Made by a program: the position numbers and the translations under genes. Positions 1 to 8,600 of a DNA stretch of 64,000 nt are shown piece after piece. Positions within the stretch are counted from its first letter, which is position 1. Every line of letters starts with the position of its first letter. The DNA lies in contig CBDFGR010000001.1 of assembly GCA_965247115.1 (NCBI GenBank), positions 1 to 64,000 of the forward strand. The letters are read 5' to 3'. Under the pieces are notes generated by a model, which worked only from the letters and a program-made list of their open reading frames with translations, was not told where the DNA came from and did no database searches. The stretch is from Myxococcota bacterium. GTDB lineage: Bacteria > Myxococcota_A > UBA9160 > SZUA-336.

Positions 1-301
1 TCTTGCTCTCGTTGTGGGAGAGCACGACGATCATCATGCCGGGGTCGCGTCGGATCGCGTCCAGCGCGTGAAAGAGCTGCGTCCACTCGCGATCGGCGAA
101 CAGGTAGCCCTTCTGATACCCAAAATCCTCGACGTGCTCGTACGTCTTCCGCCCCCCCTCGGACATGCGACGACACGTCTCCTCCCAGACGAGAGGCTCG
201 ACGTGGTCGATCGTGTCGATGACGAGGGTTCGGTAGACGTGCTCCTGACGCTGCAGGCGGCCGACCGTTTCCAACACCCGACCCCCGGGCCTGCGTACCA
301 T
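1..301 (-). pseudogene. N-truncated phage AAA_24/Sak4-like ATPase fragment (runs off window edge)
   Basis: Manual translation: RTLVIDTIDHVEPLVWEETC...DFGYQKGY...W..LFHALDAIRRDPGMMIVVLSH (Walker-B-like); no Walker A seen in the in-frame sequence just upstream. Confidence 0.6.
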
Positions 302-518
302 GAACAGACCTCGCATACATGAGTCCCTCAACCCCCTCTCCTCCTTGCGCCAACCGTCGCAGTCTCGTCGCCACGTCTTGCCCGTCAACGCCGGTGGAGG
401 CGGGAGCGGCCGCGCGCCAGCTAATGGCGGAATTCCGCAGGAACTTCGAGCAAGACGTGCGCGTACCGGACTGGTGCTTCGCGTCCGACGACGACTACGC
501 TGAGGTGGCCGATCGGCT

Positions 519-706
519 GACCCAATCGATCTGGTGCGGCTCCGAGAGAGGCAGGCTCATGGCGCCAGCGAACGCATCCAGTCCGGCATCCTCATGTTGT
601 GCCGGCATCGCTCGCCCGCTTCCGGTCCGCAGGTATCGTAGGCGCCGAAGTTCCCGCCCACGAAGACCGCGCGGTGGTAGAGGAACCGGATCCAGCGCCA
701 ACGCCA
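519..706 (-). repeat. Inverted diverged copy of 32806-32993 (PLA2-like gene 3' end plus M15 peptidase start)
   Basis: Manual alignment: 188 bp, about 12 mismatches, no gaps. Confidence 0.9.
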
Positions 707-714
707 CTCTACCC

Positions 715-1242
715 TCAGCAGGTTGTCTGCTTGCTCCCCACCAGTGAATTCGACGACAATCCCGTTTCGGCATCACTGCGTGTTTTGCATCTGACGGCGA
801 GATAGTTCCAGTTCTCCTCGCCGTAGATCTCTTCAATACTGCTGATAATTCCCGCGGGAAGGTTCCGGTATTCGTCCTTGGTCGATCGAAAACCTCCCCG
901 GACGAACACGAACTGCCCATCGAACTGACGGGCGTAATCGAGATCAATCTCCCCACCAGTGAATTCGACGACAATCCCGTTCGGCATCACTGCGTGTTTT
1001 GCATCTGACGGCGAGATATAGAGCATCGTCAGTCGAGGCTCAAAGGTGATGACGCCCATGGTCTGAACGAGCTGGCCATCGTATTGCTCGGGTACGGCAA
1101 CGAGCCGAACGAGAGAGATCAACCCAGCACCCTCTGCCAAGGCTGTAGCGGCAACCAAACTGGTCGCAGCCAAGACCGCCAACGCCCGCAAGACCTGCTT
1201 CTTGTTTCCCCCGATCGGTCGCACGAAGATCTCTCTTAGCAC
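715..1242 (-). CDS. Exported hypothetical protein (signal peptide; C-terminus altered by duplication)
   Basis: ALAVLAATSLVAATALA signal-like segment; 175-aa ORF. Confidence 0.6.
   Translation of the reverse strand: MLREIFVRPIGGNKKQVLRALAVLAATSLVAATALAEGAGLISLVRLVAVPEQYDGQLVQTMGVITFEPRLTMLYISPSDAKHAVMPNGIVVEFTGGEIDLDYARQFDGQFVFVRGGFRSTKDEYRNLPAGIISSIEEIYGEENWNYLAVRCKTRSDAETGLSSNSLVGSKQTTC
734..1018. repeat. 70-bp direct repeat (734-804 and 949-1018)
   Basis: CTCCCCACCAGTGAATTC...GACGGCGAGATA present twice, differing by one extra T. Confidence 0.95.
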
Positions 1243-1353
1243 GTGGGTATCCTCACTTGCGCCGAGGAAATTGCCATGAGCCCGGCCCTCTTAGTGCTTC
1301 TCTGATTAATGGCCCCGGACGGGCTGGCTTCGTGATGGACAGTATCCTGCCTC

Positions 1354-1403
1354 GCGGACTCCGAATCCGCCGGTCGCCGGTTCGATCCCGGCCGCGCTCA
1401 CCA
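1354..1403 (+). other. 3' half of tRNA-Arg(CCG); att core candidate
   Basis: GCGGA-CT-CCG-AA-TCCGC anticodon arm, GCCGG-TTCGATC-CCGGC T arm, CGCGCTC-A-CCA; no D arm or 5' acceptor strand; overlaps integrase stop codon. Confidence 0.85.
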
Positions 1404-2672
1404 TGGAACGCCCGCGACGTTGCTAACAGTTTCTGCAATGTCGCCAGGAGCGTGTTGGTCTGAAAACCCCGAGTGTCCGCTTTGTGGACGTTTATTGGGC
1501 GCGCCAAGCCGAGCCAGCACGTCCGTCGGCAGCTCGCCATAGGCTAGTGGCGGTGTCGGCTGATACCTCTTGCGACGGATGTACTTGGTGTAGTGACGCT
1601 CCGTCACGCCCACGGACGAATGGCCCAGCTGGTCGGCGATGTGCACGAGCTCCTGACCATTCGAGAGCAGCTGGCTCGCGAAGGTGTCGCGCAGATCTTT
1701 CGGTCGCCACGCTCGAGTGGTCCCGGCACGCGCCAGGATTCTGCGCCACTGCCTCTGCCTCCAGTTGCCCTGGTCGCGCGGCACAATGACACGATCCGGG
1801 CTGGGCCGGAACTCTTGTGTGTAGAGCTCCATCAGGACCCGTCGTAGCCGCCTGGAGAGATCCACATAGCGCGTCCTCCCACTCTTGGGTGGATCACCGG
1901 GGTACATGCCTCTGGGGTTCGACTCCGAGATCTCGAGGCTGCGGCCTAGGTCGTTCTCGTCCTCTCCCCAGTTGACTGCCCGCCAGCGGATCTGCATGGC
2001 TTCTCCGATGCGCAGTCCAGCGTCGAGCATGAGCAGCACCAGCACGTGATCTTCTAGACTCTCCTCTCGGGCCGAAGCAAGGATGCGTTCGATTTCCGCG
2101 GGGTCCTCAATAGGCCGGACATGCTTCCCCGCCTCACTTAGAGCTCTGCCCTTCTTGGTCTTGTTCTCCTCCCGGATAATGGCCTGAAAGTCTACGACGG
2201 GATTGTGCGCGATGAGCCGGTGACGACGGGCTCGGCGCATAATTGCCGAGACGCTATCGAGATATCGCCGTCCCGTACTTGTCGCTCGCTTCCCCTCGAT
2301 GCTCTCTTCCCACCACCGGAGTAGCGACTCATCCGTGAGTTGAGATATCGGGATGTCGCCAAAAGCCCGGTCCAGCATTCCGCCAAGACGGAGATGATTT
2401 CTGTGGTCATCCTGCGTTGTACCTGCCAGGTTCGACATCCCGTGCTTGAGGTAGGCGGCGGCTGCGTCTCGGAAGAGGAGCTCGTCACCCTCTGGTGTGT
2501 AGCCGCGCTCTTCATACTCCAGGATGAGCCTCGACGCAGCGGCCCTTGCTTTCCCGGCGTCTTTGGTCCGGAGGGACTGACGGGGGATGAGTATCTCGTT
2601 GCCTTCTACGTACTCCACGTAGTAGTGCGCGCCACGCTTGAAGATTCGAGGGCCGTCTGCCTTACGAGACAC
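1398..2672 (-). CDS. int: Tyrosine recombinase/integrase
   Basis: DAGLRIGEA (R), PKSG (K), KDLR (HxxR variant), LGHSS...ERHY (H,Y). Confidence 0.95.
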   Translation of the reverse strand: MSRKADGPRIFKRGAHYYVEYVEGNEILIPRQSLRTKDAGKARAAASRLILEYEERGYTPEGDELLFRDAAAAYLKHGMSNLAGTTQDDHRNHLRLGGMLDRAFGDIPISQLTDESLLRWWEESIEGKRATSTGRRYLDSVSAIMRRARRHRLIAHNPVVDFQAIIREENKTKKGRALSEAGKHVRPIEDPAEIERILASAREESLEDHVLVLLMLDAGLRIGEAMQIRWRAVNWGEDENDLGRSLEISESNPRGMYPGDPPKSGRTRYVDLSRRLRRVLMELYTQEFRPSPDRVIVPRDQGNWRQRQWRRILARAGTTRAWRPKDLRDTFASQLLSNGQELVHIADQLGHSSVGVTERHYTKYIRRKRYQPTPPLAYGELPTDVLARLGAPNKRPQSGHSGFSDQHAPGDIAETVSNVAGVPW

Positions 2673-2919
2673 GGGCGGCTCTTCTCAGGATGCGCTCCTG
2701 GACACGGGACTCCCGGATTCGATCCGCAGCGACGGTGAGGCTATGGGGGCGACTCCGTTCTTGCTCATGCACCCACTCCCTTACCGCCTCCGGACGGAAC
2801 CGAGGTCTCCGGCCCACGTAGAAGTGCGGGAATCCGCCCCTCATCATCTTTCGCACGGTCTTGGTGCTGCACTGAAGGAACTCTGCACACTGATCGAGAC
2901 TCCAGCACGGGTCCTTCAT
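2662..2919 (-). CDS. Excisionase-like HTH protein
   Basis: SLDQCAEFLQCSTKTVRKM...FPHFYVGRRPRFRPEAVREW; adjacent to int. Confidence 0.85.
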   Translation of the reverse strand: MKDPCWSLDQCAEFLQCSTKTVRKMMRGGFPHFYVGRRPRFRPEAVREWVHEQERSRPHSLTVAADRIRESRVQERILRRAARVS

Positions 2920-3005
2920 GGCACGAGCGTTCCCACAAGCTGGATCGCACCATACCAGACCACACCGCAGATCATGGCAAGTCGAGCCGTCGGCTCAGTT
3001 GCCAT
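2916..3005 (-). CDS. 29-aa hydrophobic peptide
   Basis: MATEPTARLAMICGVVWYGAIQLVGTLVP; ATGA overlap with xis start. Confidence 0.4.
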   Translation of the reverse strand: MATEPTARLAMICGVVWYGAIQLVGTLVP

Positions 3006-3183
3006 CTCTTCGCCTCGGTCTGCGAGACGGAGGCGTGTTCTCCGCTTCCTCCATCCCGTCCCATGCCTCCTTCATATGCTCGGCGCAGAGACGGAAGCCG
3101 TCGCGATCGACCAGTTGCTCGCAGTCCTCGGAGCCCTCACAGGGGACGCGGTCGACCAACTCTTGGTCGGTGGTTCGTGTCAC
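2995..3183 (-). CDS. Small Cys/His phage hypothetical protein
   Basis: GTGA overlap with recT stop; CEGSEDC...LCAEH. Confidence 0.45.
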   Translation of the reverse strand: MTRTTDQELVDRVPCEGSEDCEQLVDRDGFRLCAEHMKEAWDGMEEAENTPPSRRPRRRDGN

Positions 3184-4256
3184 CTCTGCTCCTTCAGCAG
3201 CTTCGCGATGGAGCACCCCGGGTTGTGACCGAGATCAGCCGTGCGCTCGCAGTCGGGGCAGTTGTCGCGACTCGGGTCGAAGTCCTCGGGTAGCGCCGAG
3301 AACTTCGGGCCGTCCTCGTTGGGAAGTCCCGGCTCCGGCGTGGCCTCACTGGATCCCTCACTCGGAGCCGGGCGACCCGTTGCATTCGCATCGTCAGAGG
3401 GCGTCCCGGCGTTCGCAGGCTCTGCGTTCGGTGCAGCGGGACCGCCGGGCCCCTCGGGTCCGACGATCTCAGGCTCGATCGACTCACCCGCGAAGAGTGC
3501 ACGAGCCGGGTCCGCCGTCGGAGTCTCCTCGCGCGGCGGTGTGACGTTGATCTCAAGCCTTGACTCGCCGTAGCCGGGCATGTCCTCAGCGACGGGAACA
3601 CGCCGGGTCATGTCGGCCCAGTTCCGTCGGCAGTCGCGCGCTACGGCCTTCCAGATGAGCATGTCCTTCGGGTACTTTGACCAGACGCTCGGCTCGCCGT
3701 TGCGATCCTTCTTGCCGGGGTAGAGCCCAGCCAGCATCGCGTCCTCTAGACTGAAGGTCACCTTGTCGTTCTCAGATTGACCGCGCCGCTTTGAGACGAC
3801 CCACCCCGTAAGGTTTCCATCCTCGAGCGACCCCTCGGTGCCCATCCTGAGCGACTCGCACTCTTCGCGACTCCGGATGATCGCCACCATCGCCTCGCCG
3901 GGAAGACCTACCTTCCCCTTGACGACGTGAAACATCTGCAAGCTCTGGAACGCGTCGAAGCCGATCTCTCTCCCCATCGCCATCGCGACGAAGCAGTCGT
4001 TCGGCTTGTTGCGGAAGGGCTCGGGAACCAGGCTCGAGAGGGCCGCCTGCTTCGCGAGCGCGGCGAGCTCCTTTGCGTTGGTCGGACGCAGCCCGCCCTC
4101 GCTCATGTCCGCGATCGCCCCAGTGGAATCGTCGATCGTGGCGACCCCGCGTTGCTCCTCCATCTCGGGCTTCTCTTCGCTGGAGCCCGGAGGGTGAACC
4201 TTGCAGTTTGTTCCGTGCGGGGAGCCCTCCGGGGCGTTGCAGCTCTTGCAGTTCAA
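3180..4256 (-). CDS. RecT/Red-beta-like single-strand annealing protein
   Basis: SSLVPEPFRNKPNDCFVAMAMGREIG...HVVKGK...WSKYPKDMLIWKA; downstream of recE; start (TTG 4256 or ATG 4163) uncertain. Confidence 0.8.
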   Translation of the reverse strand: MNCKSCNAPEGSPHGTNCKVHPPGSSEEKPEMEEQRGVATIDDSTGAIADMSEGGLRPTNAKELAALAKQAALSSLVPEPFRNKPNDCFVAMAMGREIGFDAFQSLQMFHVVKGKVGLPGEAMVAIIRSREECESLRMGTEGSLEDGNLTGWVVSKRRGQSENDKVTFSLEDAMLAGLYPGKKDRNGEPSVWSKYPKDMLIWKAVARDCRRNWADMTRRVPVAEDMPGYGESRLEINVTPPREETPTADPARALFAGESIEPEIVGPEGPGGPAAPNAEPANAGTPSDDANATGRPAPSEGSSEATPEPGLPNEDGPKFSALPEDFDPSRDNCPDCERTADLGHNPGCSIAKLLKEQR

Positions 4257-5155
4257 AACACGACCTCTTCGTCTCTTTCGACTCGTCGCAGCCGCCACGG
4301 TGGCAGCTCGGTCAGTAGCGTCGACGTTCCGTATCCAGGCCAGACGCCCGACTCCGTACACGCGGCGTACTCCGTCAGATGCGTGCGCACTTCACGCTGA
4401 CCCGCATCGAGAGACTCCGGCCCGGTCTCATGCGTCGCGACGATGTGCGGAGCCGCCTTCTCGATCACGATGAAGACGAACCGACGCGGCATCTCGCCGA
4501 AATGCGCGTCCATCGCCATCCGGTAGAACGCCTCCTGACGGTGGTAGCCGAAGTCTCCCATCGCTCGCGCGAACGCTTCCTTGGAAGCGAGCCGCGCCGT
4601 CGTCTTCAGGTCGACGACGATGACGTAGCCCTCGTACTCCGTGATCCGGTCGAGTCTCGCCTTGCAAAGCAGACCCGACTGCTCGTCCTCCCAAACGAGC
4701 GTGAGCTCGTTCTGCCCTGCCCCCTTCAGCAGCCGGCGCGCGAGCTCGTTCCGGTTGACCCCGTCGCGCATCGCCAAGACCAGGTTCATGTCCTGGCGCT
4801 TCAGAATCCCCTTGCCCGCGTTCTCCGCCTCGAACTCGGCCCAGATGGCCTTGTCCTTCTTGTAGCGGCGGTCGACCTTAGGAGCGACGACCCACTCGTC
4901 GTCGAACTTCTCCGGCTCGAGCACGGCGCAGTGCAGAGCGGCGCCGATGTCGAGGTGATCCTTCGGGGGCGGAGGGTGGTCGATCAGGTACTTCGCGTGC
5001 GCGGGCGTCCTACCGTCGGCGAAGTAGCTGAGCTTCGTGCTGCGGACCGCGTCGATCGCGTCGTACTCGGTCTCGGATAGGCCACGGTAGACGCCTGGCT
5101 TCGACTCTCTCGCCCATCTCTTCAGATCGCTGCGGAGAGGGGAGGAGGGAGTCAT
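4253..5155 (-). CDS. RecE/exonuclease VIII-like PD-(D/E)XK nuclease (DUF3799-type)
   Basis: IGAALHCAVLEP, CKARLDRI, VDLKTT, YHRQEAFY. Confidence 0.9.
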   Translation of the reverse strand: MTPSSPLRSDLKRWARESKPGVYRGLSETEYDAIDAVRSTKLSYFADGRTPAHAKYLIDHPPPPKDHLDIGAALHCAVLEPEKFDDEWVVAPKVDRRYKKDKAIWAEFEAENAGKGILKRQDMNLVLAMRDGVNRNELARRLLKGAGQNELTLVWEDEQSGLLCKARLDRITEYEGYVIVVDLKTTARLASKEAFARAMGDFGYHRQEAFYRMAMDAHFGEMPRRFVFIVIEKAAPHIVATHETGPESLDAGQREVRTHLTEYAACTESGVWPGYGTSTLLTELPPWRLRRVERDEEVVF

Positions 5156-5973
5156 GCGGACTCTCCGACCGCGAGCATTCGACACACGAGATCGCATGCC
5201 GAATCCTGGAGCGTGAGCACGGTCGGCTCGAGCGCGGCACTCGCAGCGTCCCACGCGGTGACCCTCGCATCGGCCCCCGCCGCGGCCCCCGCCGCGGCTC
5301 CCGCAGCGACCCTCGCAGCGTCCCCCGCAGCGTCCCCCGCAGCGGCTCCCGCAGCGACCCTCGCAGCGGCCCCCGCAGCGGCCCCCACAGCGTCCCACGC
5401 AGCGTCCCTCGCAGCGGCCCCCGCAGCGGCCCCCACAGCGTCCCTCGCAGCGTCCCCCGCAGCGGCCCCCACAGCGTCCCTCGCAGCGTCCCCCGCAGCG
5501 TCCCTCGCAGCACGGATCATCGGCTGCGCCGCGCTTGCACGAACGAGGTCCGTGATCTCGCCGAGTCCGCGCAGCTTCGCGGCATGCGGGCTCAGACTCT
5601 CCACGAGATCCAGCCATGCGGGCGTATGGACCCGGCAGAGCCAGTCGAGGGCTAGGTAGGAGCGGGCGAGCTCCGTGTCGGGATCTCCTTCCGATCCCAC
5701 GAGGCGGGGGAGCAGCGGCTTGAGCAGACGGTCTCGATCCTCGTCTAAAAGGTTGTCATTCCAGCAGCGGACGAAGTCTCCGACCACGGCACTCGTGCAC
5801 TGCGGATGGTCGCTGTGCTCCTCCCCTGCGAGCCAAGCGACAACTTCGAGCGCGCAGTGGCCTTCGCCGAAGCTTGAGGAGGAACCCGTGCCCAGGTGCA
5901 GAGAGTCCAGCTGGGCGAGACGGTCGGGGAGAGGACGCCTCGGGTCGAGAGGGGAAGGGGCGGGATCGGACAT
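5152..5973 (-). CDS. Phage hypothetical protein with Ala-rich AARD/AAGD/AAGA tetrapeptide repeats
   Basis: CALEVVAWLAGEEHSDHPQC...WND N-terminal domain followed by repeats. Confidence 0.8.
   Translation of the reverse strand: MSDPAPSPLDPRRPLPDRLAQLDSLHLGTGSSSSFGEGHCALEVVAWLAGEEHSDHPQCTSAVVGDFVRCWNDNLLDEDRDRLLKPLLPRLVGSEGDPDTELARSYLALDWLCRVHTPAWLDLVESLSPHAAKLRGLGEITDLVRASAAQPMIRAARDAAGDAARDAVGAAAGDAARDAVGAAAGAAARDAAWDAVGAAAGAAARVAAGAAAGDAAGDAARVAAGAAAGAAAGADARVTAWDAASAALEPTVLTLQDSACDLVCRMLAVGESA
5240..5510. repeat. Degenerate 12-bp tandem repeat (GCAGCGTCCCCC-like)
   Basis: About 20 visible units encoding the Ala-rich repeats. Confidence 0.9.
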
Positions 5974-6003
5974 CGGAGCCTCCGTCGTAGGGTGACGGAG
6001 GGC

Positions 6004-6032
6004 AGATTATCTCATATACGATAGAGAGTCAA
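6004..6032 (-). promoter_or_regulatory. PL-like sigma70 promoter with operator 6008-6023
   Basis: TTGACT-N17-TAATCT; TATCTCATATACGATA within the spacer. Confidence 0.7.
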
Positions 6033-6035
6033 CTA

Positions 6036-6596
6036 CTATGAGATATGTGGCCTAGAACGTCGGCGCCTCGTGGACTTACCAGCCTCGCGCATGGCCCTCT
6101 GTCGTCCCCGTTCGTGGGCCTCTTCGGCCGCCCGGACCAGATTCGCCACCCCAGCTACAGCCTGCTCGAAGACCCCCAGTTCACGAGCGCGATCTAGGGT
6201 CGTGAGGAGTCCTAGTGCCTCGGCGTTCTTCAGGAGCTCGTTGTAGACGTTGTAGAGGTGATCCTTGGGGAAGGTGACGTAGGCCCTGGCGTGCTTTTCA
6301 TAGTCTGGATGCCGCCCCCAGACCTGGATGGGATTCTTGTCGAGCGCGTTACACAAGCGGGTGATATTTTCGACGGTGACTTTCTGATTTCGCTTTCCTA
6401 GCAGGTAGTTGGAAACTTGGCCCTGGCTGAGGCCCATCCGCTCACCGAGTTGGCCCTGTGTCCAGCCGAACTCATCAATCAGTCCCAGAAGGACGGCTCT
6501 GAAAACGTCATCCTGGTCGTTTCCGGCCCGTTTCCGGCCCGCAATCTTGTGGACAGCCTTCTTGGGTTTTCCCGTCCGTCGCCCGTCACCCTGCAT
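6036..6596 (-). CDS. XRE-family HTH repressor (CI-like)
   Basis: WTQGQLGERMGLSQGQVSNYLLG; divergent from cro-like gene; start uncertain (ORF open to 6638). Confidence 0.85.
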   Translation of the reverse strand: MQGDGRRTGKPKKAVHKIAGRKRAGNDQDDVFRAVLLGLIDEFGWTQGQLGERMGLSQGQVSNYLLGKRNQKVTVENITRLCNALDKNPIQVWGRHPDYEKHARAYVTFPKDHLYNVYNELLKNAEALGLLTTLDRARELGVFEQAVAGVANLVRAAEEAHERGRQRAMREAGKSTRRRRSRPHIS

Positions 6597-6630
6597 TGCA
6601 ACCCCCCGAAAGGACAAGAGTATCACCAGA

Positions 6631-6686
6631 TATCTCAATTCGGATAATCGGGTCGCCTTGACCTAGTATCGGAATAGAGATATAGA
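6631..6686 (+). promoter_or_regulatory. PR-like promoter with two operators (6631-6646, 6667-6682)
   Basis: TTGACC-N17-TATAGA; TATC-N8-GATA sites. Confidence 0.7.
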
Positions 6687-6695
6687 GATATTGCA

Positions 6696-6953
6696 ATGCG
6701 GCTAAGGGATTATCTCAGCGGTCGGGGTGAGAGCCAGCTCGACTTCGCGGCCCGGGCGAGTGTCCCGCAGAGTGCGGTCTCTAGGCTCTGCAATGGCGGC
6801 GGGGTGAGATTCCCGACGGCCGCGAAGATCATCCGCGCGACTAGGGAGTCTCCAGCTCCCGATGGCGGCACGGTCACCTGGGAGGATCTGATCCCAGAGG
6901 AACCAAGCGGAGGTAGTTCTGTGCTCGAGCCCGCAGCGGAGGGGGCGGCGTGA
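6696..6953 (+). CDS. Cro-like HTH protein
   Basis: MRLRDYL...SQLDFAARASVPQSAVSRL...GTVTWEDL. Confidence 0.85.
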   Translation: MRLRDYLSGRGESQLDFAARASVPQSAVSRLCNGGGVRFPTAAKIIRATRESPAPDGGTVTWEDLIPEEPSGGSSVLEPAAEGAA

Positions 6954-6955
6954 GA

Positions 6956-7420
6956 TCACTCGCTGTCTTTCGATCTTCTGGTGTCTCGCCGCAGGACAGC
7001 GAACATGTAGAGGGACGTGATTCCTACCGGCACGTAGGTTGCGACCTCCCGCCACTCAGGACTCGTGGATGCGTCTGTAGTGGCCCAGAGAATGACGCCG
7101 AGAGCGACTACGAGAAGGAACAGGGCATCGAGCGCGGCTACCAGTCCACCGATGAGAAGTGGCTTGGGGACCAACCGCGCGATCAGCGCGTAGGTGATGA
7201 CGCGGCTCGCCATTCCGGCCAGCGTGTAGATGACGACGTTGCGGGCGTAGGTCACGAATCCTGGCTCAAGCCCTTCTTCGACTTCCCACGAGAACGAGAT
7301 AAGCATGAAGAGGGGTTGAGCGACGGCGATGGCCACCAGGCTCAGAAGCCAGCGTACTGCCAGAGGCTTCGAGTCGAACCATTCAGACCAGGTCTGATTG
7401 GGGCGTGTCTCTCCGGACAA
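6956..7420 (-). CDS. Four-TM membrane protein (moron-like)
   Basis: Four hydrophobic stretches; GGAGA before TTG 7420; antisense to neighbouring genes. Confidence 0.65.
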   Translation of the reverse strand: MSGETRPNQTWSEWFDSKPLAVRWLLSLVAIAVAQPLFMLISFSWEVEEGLEPGFVTYARNVVIYTLAGMASRVITYALIARLVPKPLLIGGLVAALDALFLLVVALGVILWATTDASTSPEWREVATYVPVGITSLYMFAVLRRDTRRSKDSE

Positions 7421-7586
7421 GGAATTCTCCCCCGCCCCTCGGTAGGGCGTCTCGGTGTGGTTACTGAGAATTCTACGCGAGGGGCGGGTGGTCGGAATCA
7501 TCGATTTCGATTCTTACGCACCAGCAGTGGAAACAGCTGGAAGCACTTTTTTTCAGGGGGGTGTGACTGCTCGAAAGGAGCCCCCC

Positions 7587-7901
7587 ATGAGGAAGTTGAT
7601 ACTGACAGCGGCTCACCAGATGCTCGTCGAATCGGGCACTTGGGGCCGGTTCGCGGACCGGATGCGAGACGATCTCCAGTGGGATTGCTCGCACCGGACG
7701 GCGCTCTCAAAGCTCTCCCAGTGGACCGACTTCAAAGACCCGCACAAGTTCCCGCTCGAGATGTCTGGAGCGCTCGTCGAAGTGACGAAGCTCAATCTGA
7801 TCTCACCGCTTCTCGACCGAGTGCTGGTGCGGCTGGAGCTCGAGCAGGAGCGCAAGGGTCCGGTCTCGGTCGGTCTGGTGAGGAGAAGAAGCCGCGCCTA
7901 G
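7587..7901 (+). CDS. CII-like phage regulator (tentative)
   Basis: AAGGAG RBS; position after cro; SKLSQWTDFKDPHKFPL. Confidence 0.55.
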   Translation: MRKLILTAAHQMLVESGTWGRFADRMRDDLQWDCSHRTALSKLSQWTDFKDPHKFPLEMSGALVEVTKLNLISPLLDRVLVRLELEQERKGPVSVGLVRRRSRA

Positions 7902-7914
7902 AGGAGGAACGCGC

Positions 7915-8139
7915 ATGGGCGGGATAGCGAAGCTGTTCCGGAAGCACACGGTCGGCGGAAAGCTCGGCCTGTTTGGCGAGGAAGAAGAGAAAGAAGAGAG
8001 CTTCACTCCTTTGCAGCTGGAGCGACAAGGTAAAGAGCGCCGACGCAGACAAGGCGCTCGCGCATCCACGATTCTTAGCTCGCCGCTTGACGCCACGACT
8101 ACCCGAAGGGTGGGCGCCAGGACACTCTCAGGGTTATAG
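7915..8139 (+). CDS. Small basic protein, paralog of the pre-portal MGG...STILSSPL proteins
   Basis: MGGI...RRRRQGARASTILSSPL...RTLSGL; GAGGAG RBS. Confidence 0.75.
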   Translation: MGGIAKLFRKHTVGGKLGLFGEEEEKEESFTPLQLERQGKERRRRQGARASTILSSPLDATTTRRVGARTLSGL

Positions 8140-8600
8140 CAGGCATGAGCTCGAGCGCGAGAGGCAGTCTGCATGGGTCGCGGCGGCGCCGACCAGGTGG
8201 GGGGGATCCGCGTAGAGCGGAGCGCCGTCGCGGCCTCTCTGGCTGCCGGGGCGAGCGCGGCGTGAACGTCACGGCACCGACGCGTATGGCCCGGCGTGTG
8301 GCGATCTCTTTAGGCTCTGTGGATCGGTCGGGGAGACGACGCCGGGGTCCGCAGAGGATGAGCTACCGGGGGTCCCTCCAGAGCTCAGGCCGGGTCCCAG
8401 CAAGGGAGGCCGAGAGGGCAGGGCGCGCGGAGCCCTGAGAGAAGCTTGCAGGCTGCGGCGCTCCGCGCGCGACCGCAGAGCTCAGACGAGGGATCGGCTC
8501 CAGCCAAGGAGGCGTGGAAAGCGTCGAAGAGCGGAGGACAGGCGCACGAGAAGCGTCGGGCTCTCGTCCTCTGCTCGGACTCAGGATCTCACCAACCAGG

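Noticed and set aside
519..706. Inverted copy as a DGR template repeat
   Set aside because: Mismatches are not adenine-specific and are largely synonymous
1328..1403. Complete tRNA-Arg gene
   Set aside because: No 5' acceptor strand (GAGCGCG) and no D arm
5240..5510. 12-bp tandem repeat as a CRISPR array or DGR
   Set aside because: No spacers, no cas or reverse transcriptase genes; it is an in-frame Ala-rich coding repeat
4253..5617. 454-aa ORF with a CGGR-repeat N-terminus fused to RecE
   Set aside because: The extension is the off-frame reading of the neighbouring repeat gene; the real start is the coupled ATG at 5155
5979..6001. CCTCCGTC-N7-GACGGAGG hairpin as a nut/boxB site
   Set aside because: It overlaps the predicted PL start, so it may not be fully transcribed; no boxA or N-like gene recognised
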